Origin: Gemmatimonadales bacterium
Lineage (GTDB): Bacteria; Gemmatimonadota; Gemmatimonadetes; Gemmatimonadales; GWC2-71-9
Direction of reading: 5' to 3'
Assembly (NCBI GenBank): GCA_036279355.1
Contig: DASUJH010000024.1
Coordinates: 67,375 to 131,374, forward strand
DNA: 64,000 nt
In this document: piece after piece, positions 35,551 to 44,903 of the stretch
Layout of the letters: every line of letters starts with the position of its first letter
How positions within the stretch are numbered: position 1 is the first letter of the stretch
Position numbers and translations under genes: made by a program
Notes under the pieces: model-generated
The model's database searches: none
What the model saw: the letters and a program-made list of their open reading frames with translations, nothing else
What the model was told of the DNA's origin: nothing

Positions 35551-36637
35551 AGACCGTCTGCACGCCTACCTCGATCAGGGTCTCGAGCGGCTCGAGTGCG
35601 TCGAGATCGAGAGTCATCTGGCCGAGTGTACCCGCTGTCAGACCCTGCGTGACAGCATCGCCGCGCTACGCGACCGCACCACGGCGCTCCTCGCCCGCGC
35701 GGCGCCGCGCCGACGCCTCCCGCCGCCCAGCGCGGAGATCCGCCGGATCGCCGACGAGCGGCTCGCCCGGCGCCAGCGCCGACTGCATCGCGTGGCATGG
35801 GCCGCGAGCGTGGTTGCGGCACTGGGCGTGGGGTGGGGGGCGAGTGTCCTGGTCCGCCCGACCGAACGGCACTCGATCGACCCGAGCGCCCCGCGTATGG
35901 CTGACCTTCCGGGTTCCCTCGCCGAGACACCGCGCCTGGCCGACGCACCCTCACCGCCGACCACCGCCCCCATGCTCGCGGCCGAACCTGAGCAGCCGGC
36001 CGATACGTCGGCGCGAAGCCCAGCCGAGCGTCACGCGACCTCTTCCACGCGTGCGGCGCCTCATTCGGCACCGGCCCAGCGCCACCGCGCGAGCGGCCAC
36101 ACGCGAAGCAGCACTGACCAACTCGCCGCCCGGAGCTCAGGCGGCGGTGCCGCGCACGCCGGACGCGACATTGATCAGCACACGGCGGCGGAGTTGACCA
36201 CCATCGGGCAGATTCCGAAGGACGCGCAGCTCGAAGTGGGCCGCATGTGGCGCACGGTGTCATGGGACGGCGCCAAGGACGCGGCGGGCGATGCGCCGCC
36301 GCGCATCGATGGACTTCCCGTGGTCGAGGTACAGGTTCAGGGCGGCGATAGCGGCAAGCGGCCGCTCATGGTCGTGGCGCAGCAGCTCAAGTCGGGCGAA
36401 GTGATCCGCACAATTGAAGGGCCGGCCGCGGATGTCTCGGTGCTGCTCGGCACACACCCCGCGTCGGTGAGCAGCGAATCCGCGTCGGCCCCGGTGCAGG
36501 CGCACTCTGCACCTGAAGGCTTCGGAAGCGCGCTCGCGCTCCGTCGCGGCGACCGCATGGTCGCGGTGACCGGCAGCCTGCCGAAGGATTCGCTTCGGGC
36601 AATGATGAACAGGTTGTTGAGGATGGGAAGGCGTTAG
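35534..36637 (+). CDS. Anti-sigma factor (zf-HC2, single TM, long Ala/Pro/Ser-rich extracytoplasmic part)
   Basis: In frame within ORF 35357..36637, starting at ATG 35534 (17-nt overlap with the sigma gene). HLAECTRC (HxxxCxxC) and TM AWAASVVAALGVGWGASVLV. Confidence 0.8.
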   Translation: MLHIPEDRLHAYLDQGLERLECVEIESHLAECTRCQTLRDSIAALRDRTTALLARAAPRRRLPPPSAEIRRIADERLARRQRRLHRVAWAASVVAALGVGWGASVLVRPTERHSIDPSAPRMADLPGSLAETPRLADAPSPPTTAPMLAAEPEQPADTSARSPAERHATSSTRAAPHSAPAQRHRASGHTRSSTDQLAARSSGGGAAHAGRDIDQHTAAELTTIGQIPKDAQLEVGRMWRTVSWDGAKDAAGDAPPRIDGLPVVEVQVQGGDSGKRPLMVVAQQLKSGEVIRTIEGPAADVSVLLGTHPASVSSESASAPVQAHSAPEGFGSALALRRGDRMVAVTGSLPKDSLRAMMNRLLRMGRR

Positions 36638-36652
36638 CGAAGCCGCCTTCCC
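36625..36652. terminator. GC-rich hairpin (9-bp stem GGGAAGGCG/CGCCTTCCC, 10-nt loop) between convergent genes
   Basis: Counted between the anti-sigma stop at 36637 and the actF stop at 36681. There is no U-tract. Confidence 0.3.
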
Positions 36653-36680
36653 CTCCGGTCCTTACCGCCTCTACCGCCCT

Positions 36681-38021
36681 TTACAAGTCTGCATCATGCA
36701 CGTAGTCCCGATCCGCATCCTCGTGGTCGAAGACGTCGACCTCGTGGTGACCGAGCTCGCGGCGCAGGGTGATCTCGGCGAGCCGGGGCGACACCATCGG
36801 AAACGTCCGACCGAACCAGGCATAGCTCAGGAGATAGAGACCGGTGAAGAGTAGCGTCGGCCCGAGCTCAAACACGCCGAATGCCGGGCCGGGGAGCGTC
36901 GTGATGGAGGGCAGGACGAGGATGTAGCTCTGGAGCCAGAGGGCCACGAGACTCACCGCCGCGAAGAAGCCGAGGGTGACCTTCGTCTTCTTCGGTGCCA
37001 CGCCGAGGAGTCCCATGAACGGCACGACGAACATCCCGAGGAACACCAGCCGGGCGATCGGCACCCACGGTCCCCAGAGTCGGCTGTAGATGAACCCGGT
37101 TTCCTCGGGCATGTTGCCGTACCAGATCACGATGAATTGGGCCCAGAGGAGATACATCCAGAACACGGTGAACCCGAAGCACAGCTTGCCTAGGTCATGC
37201 CGCTGCTTCGGTGAGATGAGATCGACGATCCCGAGGTGGCGGCCGTTGTGAATGAGGAGGAGCGCGAGCAGCATGTGGCCGCCGAGAAAGCAGGCCATGA
37301 AGAACCAGCCGCCGAACAGGTTGGAGTACCAGTGCGGCTGCAGCGCCATGACGCCGTCGAACGCGAGCAAGGTGAACACCGCCGCGAAGAGCACGGCATA
37401 CGTCGCCGAGCCCTGGCGGATCCGGTGGTCGTTCAGCTCGATCGAGCCTTCGGATCCGTCGTAGCCGGCGGTGAGGCGGAGGAAGCGCGCACGCCGGGCG
37501 CCGGTCACGGTCTCGCGGGCGGCAAACGCATCGGGCACGAGGTCGGCGCGCACGAAGCGCCACCCCACGTAGTACAGTGCGCCGAGCGCGATCAGCAGCC
37601 GGATGAACATCACCCAACGGGAGAGCCAGACGATCTTGGCCGGCTGCATGGTGGGCAACTGCGCCGCCATTGGTCCGTAGATGTGGGAATATCCCAGCGT
37701 GAAGATGACGACGAGCCCGAGGAGCGAAATCGGGAAGAACGCCACCGACGCTTCGGCGAATCGGAGCACGAGGCCCGACCAGCGGGCGTTCGCGATTTTA
37801 TAGGCCGCCGCAAGAGCGATGCTCCCCCCGGCGAGACCGGTGAAGTAGATCCAGTTGACGTGGAATAGACCCCACGCCCGGTCCGCGCCTGCGCCGCTGA
37901 TCGAGCTGATGAAGAGAATGAGCCCGAGCACGGCAAGGCCGCCGCCGATGCCAAGGAACAGCTCGTAGCGGCCGGCGAGCGATGCCGACACGAGCCGCTG
38001 GCGCAACCGGGCGGGGTCCAT
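36681..38021 (-). CDS. actF: Alternative Complex III subunit ActF (NrfD/PsrC-like membrane subunit)
   Basis: ORF 36681..38021. Polytopic. TGATG overlap with the actE stop. Last gene of the act operon. Confidence 0.8.
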   Translation of the reverse strand: MDPARLRQRLVSASLAGRYELFLGIGGGLAVLGLILFISSISGAGADRAWGLFHVNWIYFTGLAGGSIALAAAYKIANARWSGLVLRFAEASVAFFPISLLGLVVIFTLGYSHIYGPMAAQLPTMQPAKIVWLSRWVMFIRLLIALGALYYVGWRFVRADLVPDAFAARETVTGARRARFLRLTAGYDGSEGSIELNDHRIRQGSATYAVLFAAVFTLLAFDGVMALQPHWYSNLFGGWFFMACFLGGHMLLALLLIHNGRHLGIVDLISPKQRHDLGKLCFGFTVFWMYLLWAQFIVIWYGNMPEETGFIYSRLWGPWVPIARLVFLGMFVVPFMGLLGVAPKKTKVTLGFFAAVSLVALWLQSYILVLPSITTLPGPAFGVFELGPTLLFTGLYLLSYAWFGRTFPMVSPRLAEITLRRELGHHEVDVFDHEDADRDYVHDADL

Positions 38022-38689
38022 CAGCGCGGCCCTCGCGGCGCGGGCGAAGCGGGCGCAGGCGGCGCCGGTGCCGCCGCCTGCAAGGCGCGCACGTGGTCAA
38101 CAATGGCCCAGCGGTCGTGCGGATCGTAGATCTTGTCGCCGTAGCGCGGCATGAGACCGCGCCCGTAGCGGATCATGCTGTAGATGTAGCCGTCGCTCAG
38201 GCCACGGGCGTGCGCGGTGAGGAGCGACGGCGCGCCGATCTTCCGCCCCACCAGCCCATCCCCCGCCCCGCCCTGGCCGTGACAAACCGAGCAATACGTA
38301 TGGAACAGCGTGTCGCCGCGGGCGGCGAAATCGGCCGGGATCTGCGGGACGCTGGGATTGTACGGCGGCGGCGTGGGCGCCGGCGCGCCGGGTTTCGTCG
38401 GGTTCGTGAGCGTATCGGCGGTTGTCGTCTTGCCTCCCGCCCACTCGGCTCCCCAGTCCGGCTCTCCGCCGTTGATCGGCACCGTGCCGGGCACCGTGTA
38501 GCGCGGCACGTCGGCGCGGCCGTACGGCGTCACCGACTTCTGATAGATCATGTGGTCGAACCAGGGAATGGCGTGCATAACGTCGTCGGGCGACGGCAGC
38601 TTGTTGTAGTACCAGTCGCAACCGGTCGCGGCGATCGACGCCACCGCCAGCGCGAGCGTGAACCCCGCACGACGCTCACGCCGTGGCAT
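38021..38689 (-). CDS. actE: Alternative Complex III subunit ActE (monoheme cytochrome c, lipoprotein)
   Basis: ORF 38021..38785 trimmed to ATG 38689. Lipobox LAVASIAATGC. Single CSVCH heme site. Confidence 0.8.
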   Translation of the reverse strand: MPRRERRAGFTLALAVASIAATGCDWYYNKLPSPDDVMHAIPWFDHMIYQKSVTPYGRADVPRYTVPGTVPINGGEPDWGAEWAGGKTTTADTLTNPTKPGAPAPTPPPYNPSVPQIPADFAARGDTLFHTYCSVCHGQGGAGDGLVGRKIGAPSLLTAHARGLSDGYIYSMIRYGRGLMPRYGDKIYDPHDRWAIVDHVRALQAAAPAPPAPASPAPRGPR

Positions 38690-39242
38690 GGCGGACCTCC
38701 ACGGCACCGGCGTTCCGGAAGAGCTGTTCGATGGGGCGGGCATGTGCCGCGTCGGCGGCCACGAAGACGCCGACGCGGTCGTCACTGAAGCGCTCGTCGT
38801 AGAGGACGCCTCGCTGGCCCTGTGCCAGCACCAGCAGCAGGACGCCGAGGATCGTGGCGAGCGACCCGATGAGCACCGTCAGCTCGAACCCGATCGCAAC
38901 GAAGGCGGGCACCGCGGCGACGGCCTTGCCACCGACGAGCGTCGGCCAATCCATGTTCATCCAGATGGTCATCCCGAAGCCGCCGGTGAGCCCGGCCAGA
39001 CCGCCGAACAGGGTGAACAGGCGCACCGAGCTTACCGGCGCCTCGAGCGCCTCCTCCAACTCGTGGTTGGGGCTCGCGGAGTAGACGGTGAGCCGCCGGT
39101 GGCCCTGGGCCCGGAGGGCGTGGATGGCGTCGATGGCCGCGTCGATGTGATCGAACGAAGCCAGGACTCCGGGCGTGAGCGTGCGCGGCCCGCGCATGAG
39201 CGCAAACGGGTTGAGCGCCCTCGGCAGGAGCGGGAAGCCCAT
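38676..39242 (-). CDS. actD: Alternative Complex III subunit ActD (DUF3341-like)
   Basis: ORF 38676..39467 trimmed to ATG 39242, a TGATG overlap with the actC stop and preceded by GGAGGG. Two C-terminal TM segments. Confidence 0.75.
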   Translation of the reverse strand: MGFPLLPRALNPFALMRGPRTLTPGVLASFDHIDAAIDAIHALRAQGHRRLTVYSASPNHELEEALEAPVSSVRLFTLFGGLAGLTGGFGMTIWMNMDWPTLVGGKAVAAVPAFVAIGFELTVLIGSLATILGVLLLVLAQGQRGVLYDERFSDDRVGVFVAADAAHARPIEQLFRNAGAVEVRHATA

Positions 39243-40588
39243 CAGTGGTGCCCTCCGCGCTTCCGGGGCATCGGGATCATCTCTTTCAGCTCCTGAATCG
39301 CCACGATGGGGAAATTCTTGGCGAAGAGGAGGAACCACATACCGAACCACCCGAACGAGCCGGCGAGGATGCCCCAGTCGGCCCAGGTGGGGTTCATGCC
39401 ATCCCAGGCCCACGGGATAAAGTCGTTGGAGAGCGAGGAGACGATGATCACGAAGCGCTCGAACCACATCCCGAGATTAATGAAGATCGAGATGACGAAG
39501 AGCGCGGTGATGTTGACCCGGATCTTCTTGAACCAGAGCAACTGCGAGATGAAGGCGTTGCAGGTGATCATGGTCCAGCCGGCCCACCAATAGGGGCCGA
39601 ACGGGCGCAGCCAGAAGGTGGTCTGCTCGAACGGATTGCCGCTGTACCACGCGATGAAGTACTCCATACTGTACGAGTAAAACAGGATGGAGCCGGTGAG
39701 CAGCGTGAGCTTGGACAGATTGTCGAAGTGATACGCCGTGATGATGTGCTCGAGCTTGAGCACCTTCCGGAGCGGAATGATGAGCGTCATCACCATCCCG
39801 AGCCCCGAATAGATGGCGCCGGCCACGAAGTAGGGAGCGAAGATCGTCCCGTGCCACGCGGGGACCAGCGCGGAGGCGAAGTCCCACGATACCACCGAGT
39901 GCACCGAGAGCACGAGCGGCGTCGCCAGCGCGGCGAGATAGAGATACGCCCGCGAGTAGTGGCGCCATTGATTGTCGGTGCCCTGCCAACCCACCGAGGT
40001 CCAGCGGTAGATGAGCTTGCGCCAGCCCGACATCTTGTCGCGCACGGCGGCGATGTCGGGCATCAGGCCGTAGCAGAGGAACAGCGTCGAGACCGTAAGA
40101 TAGGTCGAGATCGCGAACACGTCCCACAGCAGCGGCGACTTGAAGTTGGGCCAGAGAAACCGCTCATTGGGGTACGGCAGCAGCCAGTAGAAAACCCACT
40201 CGCGGCCGATGTGGATGATCGGGAAGAGACCGGCCGTCATGACGGCGAACACCGTCATTGCCTCGGTGGAGCGGTAGACCGCGGTGCGCCACGGCGAGCG
40301 GAAGAGAAACAGGATCGCGGAGATGAGCGTGCCGGCGTGGCCGATGCCGATCCAGAACACGAACGTCGTGATGTAGACGCTCCAGAAGATCGGCGGATTG
40401 TATCCCGCGTGGCCGAGGCCGTCCTTCACCAGGATGAGGAAGGTGATGGCGCCGACGAGGAAGAGACCGATCGCGCCGAAGAGCAGCAGGACGTAGCCGC
40501 GGTTCGGCCTCTCCAGCGTGGCGACGATGTCGCGGGTGATGTCGCCGTGCGTCGGCGGAATGGCCGGGAGCGGTGCAAGCGTAGCCAT
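39242..40588 (-). CDS. actC: Alternative Complex III subunit ActC (NrfD-like quinol-interacting membrane subunit)
   Basis: ORF 39242..40741 trimmed to ATG 40588, which lies 4 nt after the actB stop and is preceded by GGAGG. Polytopic. Confidence 0.85.
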   Translation of the reverse strand: MATLAPLPAIPPTHGDITRDIVATLERPNRGYVLLLFGAIGLFLVGAITFLILVKDGLGHAGYNPPIFWSVYITTFVFWIGIGHAGTLISAILFLFRSPWRTAVYRSTEAMTVFAVMTAGLFPIIHIGREWVFYWLLPYPNERFLWPNFKSPLLWDVFAISTYLTVSTLFLCYGLMPDIAAVRDKMSGWRKLIYRWTSVGWQGTDNQWRHYSRAYLYLAALATPLVLSVHSVVSWDFASALVPAWHGTIFAPYFVAGAIYSGLGMVMTLIIPLRKVLKLEHIITAYHFDNLSKLTLLTGSILFYSYSMEYFIAWYSGNPFEQTTFWLRPFGPYWWAGWTMITCNAFISQLLWFKKIRVNITALFVISIFINLGMWFERFVIIVSSLSNDFIPWAWDGMNPTWADWGILAGSFGWFGMWFLLFAKNFPIVAIQELKEMIPMPRKRGGHH

Positions 40589-40592
40589 CCCG

Positions 40593-43500
40593 CTATGCCT
40601 CCGCCGCGCGGCGGACCTTCGCGAGATACGTGATCGCCGGGCGGGTGTTGAGGGATTCGAGCACGTGATAGCCCCGCCGATCCTGGGACAGCGCGTACAC
40701 CCGGCTGTCCGGATCGCGGAGATTGCCGAAGACGATGGCATCGGACGGACAGGCCTGCGCGCAGGCGGTGTTCACGTCGCCTTCCTTGAGGGTGCGGCTC
40801 TCGAGGCGCACCTCATTCTGCGCGCCGCGGATGCGCTGGACGCAGAAGGTGCACTTTTCCATGACGCCGCGGGCCCGCACGGTGACGTCGGGGTTGAGCT
40901 GCAGGTTGAGCGGCGCCGGCCATGCCTCATCGTTGTACTTGTACCAGTTGAAGTAGCGCACCTTGTACGGGCAGTTGTTGGCGCAGTACCGCGTGCCGAC
41001 GCATCGGTTGTAGACCTGGCCGTTGAGTCCGTCCACCGTGTGATAGGCCGCGTACACCGGGCAGACCGATTCGCACGGCGCGCTGCCGCACTGCTGGCAG
41101 AGCATCGGGACGAAGCGCGCCTCGAGGCCGCCCGCCGGGGAGTCGGCGAACGCGCCCTCCCAGTAGCGCTCGAGCCGGAGCCAGGTCATCTCCCGGCCGC
41201 GCCAGATCTCGTCCTCGCCCACGGTCGGGATGTTGTTCTCCGCGTAGCAGGCGGTGATGCATGCCGTGCAGCCGGTGCACCGCGAGAGATCGATGGCCAT
41301 GCCCCACATGGGGTGATCACCCGCGTAGTTGCCGAGGAGCGTGCGGGCGTGGACCTCGGCCGCCCATCCCTTGATGGCACGAAGCTCGCCCTCGGTGTTC
41401 GGCTCCGGTTCGGCGCGATGCTCGGCGACGAGCGCCTGGTGGATCGTCTCGCCGCGCTGGGCGGCCGCAAGCGTCATCGCCTCCGCGATACCGCGGCCGA
41501 GCTGGCGCGGCGTTCCCTCGGTGGTGGCGAGCTTGCGGTACGCCCTTGTCTTCTCCACCGACACTGTCAGGCCGGCAAAGGTGACGAAGGGATCGTCGGG
41601 CGCGGCCGGCACGAGGTCGAGCACGTTGATGCCGCGGCCGCTGGCGTAGGCTCCGTAGGCCGTGTGCCCGAAACCGAACGGCGTCGACAGCACGCGCGGG
41701 TGCACGCCCGGATAGAGCAGCACGGGCGCCTCCACGGCGCCCTGCGGCGTACGCAAGCGCAGGAACTCTCCGTTGCGGATGTCGAGCTGCCGGGCCGTGG
41801 TCGGATGGATCTCGATCCAGGAGTTCCAGGTGAGCTTCGTGACCGGATCGGGGTTCTCGAGGAGCCACGGCTTGTTGGTGCCCCGGCCGTCGTAGAGCAA
41901 CGGCGAGACGCCGGGCACGAGATAGAAGTCGCCGGCGCCGGGCGCCGGAAGGCGCGTGTAGGCCGGCGTGACGTTCGCGGCCAGGCGCACCTCGGGCACC
42001 GGGGGTGGCTCGAGATAAAGTCCGCCGCGCCGGAGCGACTCGCGCCAGAAGCTCTCGGCATCCCCGGCATGCTGCTCTGCGGCGAGCGTCTGCCAGCGGC
42101 TCTTGAGGTGCGCCTCGAAGGTGGGAGCGCCGAATTTCGCAAGCGGGCCGCCCGCCTTGCGCGCTACCGCGAGCAGAACGTCGCCGGTGTGCATCGTCTG
42201 GAACACCGGCTCCATGACGGGCTGCATGAGCCCGTACACGGCGGCGCGCGGGTGCGCGTCGTCCCAGCGCTCCAGCGCGTGGTGGTTCGGCAGCAGGAGA
42301 TCGCACTGCGCCGCCGTTTCGTCGAGGTAGAGGGACGTCGACACCTTGAAGGCGGCCTGCTTGAAGCGGGCCGCGAAGCCGCTCGCTTGCGGAAGCGTGT
42401 ACAGCGGATTGGTCTCGTGCACCAGCAGCACCGAGACCTGGCCGGCGTCGAGCGCCTGGGCGAGCGAATTGATCGCGGCGTGCCCGTCGGCCGCCTGCAA
42501 GTCGGCCCCGAAGCGCACGGTCTCGCCCACGTTGCCGGCGAGATAATTGAGAACGTTGGCGGCGGTGCAGGTCTCGACCGCCGCGCGGTACTGGTTGCCC
42601 GCGCCGCCGGCCACGGCGAGACTCGGCCGCGCCGCGGCGAGCTCGCGGCCGACGCGCCGGATTACATCCGCCGACACGCCCGATTCCCTGGCCGCCATCT
42701 CCGGCGTGAACTCGGCGATCGTTGCGGCGAGCCCATCGGCACCGGCTGGCGCGCCCTTGCCCTCGGTCGCCACGACGTTGGCGAGCGCCAGCGCGATCGT
42801 GGTCTCCGAGCCGGGCGGCACGAGGTACCACTCGTCAGCGTTGAGGCCGGTGAGCGGCGCGCGCGGCCCGAAGAAGACGAGCTTGGACATGCGCCCGTCG
42901 CGGAACCCGTGCGCGTCGGCAAAGCCGCGCGAATTCTCGACCGGCGAGAGCCACGTCTCGAGGAAATCAGTGCCGAAGGCGACCACGTATTGCGCCCGCG
43001 AAAAGTCGTGCGCCGGCACGTCGTCCCGGCCGAAGACGGCGCGGTTGGCGGCGCGGAGCGGCTCCTCGTCGAACGGCTGATAACGCACGACGCGGCCGCC
43101 GAGGGCGGCGGTCCATTCCGCCAGAAGATCGGAAAAGGTGCCCCGGCCAGCGCCCGAGATGACGGCCACCTTCCCCGCGGCGCCGGCGAGCTTTGCGGCC
43201 AGCCGGCCGATGGCGTCGTCCCACGTGATCTCGCTGAACCCGCCGGTGGCATTGCGCGCCATGGGCGCCTTCACGCGCCCGGGATTGTACAGTCCCTGGA
43301 GCGCGGCCTGGCCGCGGGAGCAGAGCTTGCCGCGATTCACCGGATGCTCGGGGTTGCCCTCGAGCTTGACCGCGCGCCCTTCACGGGTGCGCACGTGAAG
43401 GCCGCAGCCGCCGGCGCACTCGGTGCACGTGCTCGCGTAATATGTCGCGATGCCGGGGATCTGGTCCTCGGACTGAACCAGATAGGGGATGAGCTGCTGA

Positions 43501-43610
43501 ACCCGCTCGGTGGAACAGCCGGAGAGGAGCGCCGCGCCGGCACCCGACGCTCCCAGCACCGTGAGGAATCGGCGGCGATTGATGGATGTCTGATCGGTCT
43601 CGTCAGCCAT
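40593..43610 (-). CDS. actB: Alternative Complex III subunit ActB (molybdopterin-oxidoreductase-like plus 4Fe-4S domains)
   Basis: ORF 40593..43610. Tat signal NRRRFLTVLGASGAGAALLSGC. Ferredoxin-type Cys clusters in the C-terminal third (CTGCTACITAC, CQQCGSAPCESVCP, CANNCPY). Confidence 0.9.
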   Translation of the reverse strand: MADETDQTSINRRRFLTVLGASGAGAALLSGCSTERVQQLIPYLVQSEDQIPGIATYYASTCTECAGGCGLHVRTREGRAVKLEGNPEHPVNRGKLCSRGQAALQGLYNPGRVKAPMARNATGGFSEITWDDAIGRLAAKLAGAAGKVAVISGAGRGTFSDLLAEWTAALGGRVVRYQPFDEEPLRAANRAVFGRDDVPAHDFSRAQYVVAFGTDFLETWLSPVENSRGFADAHGFRDGRMSKLVFFGPRAPLTGLNADEWYLVPPGSETTIALALANVVATEGKGAPAGADGLAATIAEFTPEMAARESGVSADVIRRVGRELAAARPSLAVAGGAGNQYRAAVETCTAANVLNYLAGNVGETVRFGADLQAADGHAAINSLAQALDAGQVSVLLVHETNPLYTLPQASGFAARFKQAAFKVSTSLYLDETAAQCDLLLPNHHALERWDDAHPRAAVYGLMQPVMEPVFQTMHTGDVLLAVARKAGGPLAKFGAPTFEAHLKSRWQTLAAEQHAGDAESFWRESLRRGGLYLEPPPVPEVRLAANVTPAYTRLPAPGAGDFYLVPGVSPLLYDGRGTNKPWLLENPDPVTKLTWNSWIEIHPTTARQLDIRNGEFLRLRTPQGAVEAPVLLYPGVHPRVLSTPFGFGHTAYGAYASGRGINVLDLVPAAPDDPFVTFAGLTVSVEKTRAYRKLATTEGTPRQLGRGIAEAMTLAAAQRGETIHQALVAEHRAEPEPNTEGELRAIKGWAAEVHARTLLGNYAGDHPMWGMAIDLSRCTGCTACITACYAENNIPTVGEDEIWRGREMTWLRLERYWEGAFADSPAGGLEARFVPMLCQQCGSAPCESVCPVYAAYHTVDGLNGQVYNRCVGTRYCANNCPYKVRYFNWYKYNDEAWPAPLNLQLNPDVTVRARGVMEKCTFCVQRIRGAQNEVRLESRTLKEGDVNTACAQACPSDAIVFGNLRDPDSRVYALSQDRRGYHVLESLNTRPAITYLAKVRRAAEA

Positions 43611-43637
43611 TGCGGCTCCGAATGAGTGCGCCGGCCA

Positions 43638-44264
43638 TCAGTAGTGGCAGGCCGAGCAATCGCGCGACACGTTACGCTCCAAGTGGCACGTGATGCAAAA
43701 ACCCATGTTCGTGATGTTGTTGACCTTGTAGACCTGCGGCATCCGGGCGACCTCGCCGTGGCAGGTGCCGCAGGCGTCGGGACCCAGCGCCTTGATATGG
43801 CGGCTGTGGGGGAAGTGCGCGAATCGCGCGAGGTAGTGGACCCGGATCCACGGAATCGGCTGCTTCTTGGCCCACGCGTCGCGCAGCTTTTTGATCTCGA
43901 CCTTGTGACTGCTGTCGCTCCCCGCGATCACGAGATGGCATCCCATGCAGGTCTGCATCGAGGGGATGCCCGGCTCGGTGGAGACCGCCACGGTATAGTG
44001 GCAGTACTGGCACTGGATCTTGTACTGGCCGGCGTGGATGTCGTGACGGAAGAAAATGGGCTGGCGGGGTCCGAGGAGCGCGGCGGTGTCGGAAGGGCCG
44101 AGCACCGGCGCTTTCGTCGAATCGGCGACCGCCTTCGGCGCTTGGGCGCGCGACTGTCCGCTGGTGAGCGCCACGGCGCCTGCGAGGGCCGCGACGGCCG
44201 CCGCGGCGCCCACCCCCATCAGTCCGAGCTTACGCATCATCCGTTTCCGCACGAGAGAGCCCAC
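43638..44264 (-). CDS. actA: Alternative Complex III subunit ActA (pentaheme cytochrome c)
   Basis: ORF 43638..44264 (GTG start; ATG 44240 is an alternative). Five CxxCH sites: CQYCH, CMGCH, CGTCH, CITCH and CSACH. Confidence 0.9.
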   Translation of the reverse strand: MGSLVRKRMMRKLGLMGVGAAAAVAALAGAVALTSGQSRAQAPKAVADSTKAPVLGPSDTAALLGPRQPIFFRHDIHAGQYKIQCQYCHYTVAVSTEPGIPSMQTCMGCHLVIAGSDSSHKVEIKKLRDAWAKKQPIPWIRVHYLARFAHFPHSRHIKALGPDACGTCHGEVARMPQVYKVNNITNMGFCITCHLERNVSRDCSACHY

Positions 44265-44366
44265 TCAACCGCGCGCTCGCACCGTCGGAAATCCGCCGCG
44301 AGTGAACGCAACGTTGAGAAATTGTGCGCAAGAAACCTGAGACAGGCGCGCTGCAAAAGCGCGCTA

Positions 44367-44396
44367 AGTATAGTGGCGTCCGTGCGCCGATCACAA
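44367..44396 (-). promoter_or_regulatory. Sigma70-like promoter candidate TTGTGA-N18-TATACT upstream of actA
   Basis: Counted between actA GTG 44264 and the upstream stop at 44415. It is followed by a 7-bp-stem hairpin at 44346-44364. Confidence 0.3.
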
Positions 44397-44414
44397 CCCG
44401 ACGATCGGCCCGGC

Positions 44415-44900
44415 TCACTCGGCCCGTGCGCGCCGCCGCGCGGAGGGCGCCTCACCGAGCCAGACCGCCTTGCGGCGCACGAGTCCGAGGAAAGCGTCGA
44501 CGTGGCGGCGATCGGCGAACGGAATCCAGCACCACTTCACCGGGCCGGTCCGCTGCCCCTCGCGCACCGCGTCACGCACGATGGCCGTGAGCCGCGCCGC
44601 GCCGAGCACCCGGCGCTCCTCGTCGTCGGTGAGGGTGAAGGTGCCGCTCGCGCGGCTCGCGACCGGGTGCAACCAGCAGAGCTTGCGCGCCGCCACCGCG
44701 TATTCCCAGGTCCAGCCCCACGGCGAGCCCATGAAGCGCACCTGCTCGCTCACCGGTCCGAGCGCCAGCAGCCCCGCGCGCGCGTGACGAAACCGCTCGG
44801 CGACCAGGGCGGGCAGCGCGTCGTACGGCGCCGAGGGCGTCGGCTCGGGGTTCGCGAGGCGGTAGGGGTTCGCGGCCCAGTAGGCGGTCGAGCGGGCCAC
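44415..44900 (-). CDS. Hypothetical protein (possibly DUF3788-like)
   Basis: ORF 44415..44900. Protein-like composition with Trp-rich motifs (SPWGWTWEY, VKWCWIPF). The family assignment is tentative. Confidence 0.55.
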   Translation of the reverse strand: MARSTAYWAANPYRLANPEPTPSAPYDALPALVAERFRHARAGLLALGPVSEQVRFMGSPWGWTWEYAVAARKLCWLHPVASRASGTFTLTDDEERRVLGAARLTAIVRDAVREGQRTGPVKWCWIPFADRRHVDAFLGLVRRKAVWLGEAPSARRRARAE

Positions 44901-44903
44901 GCG

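Noticed and set aside
40518-43625. A 1035-aa plus-strand ORF
   Set aside because: It is the codon-aligned antisense shadow of actB, whose Tat signal, FeS motifs and operon context identify the true coding strand.
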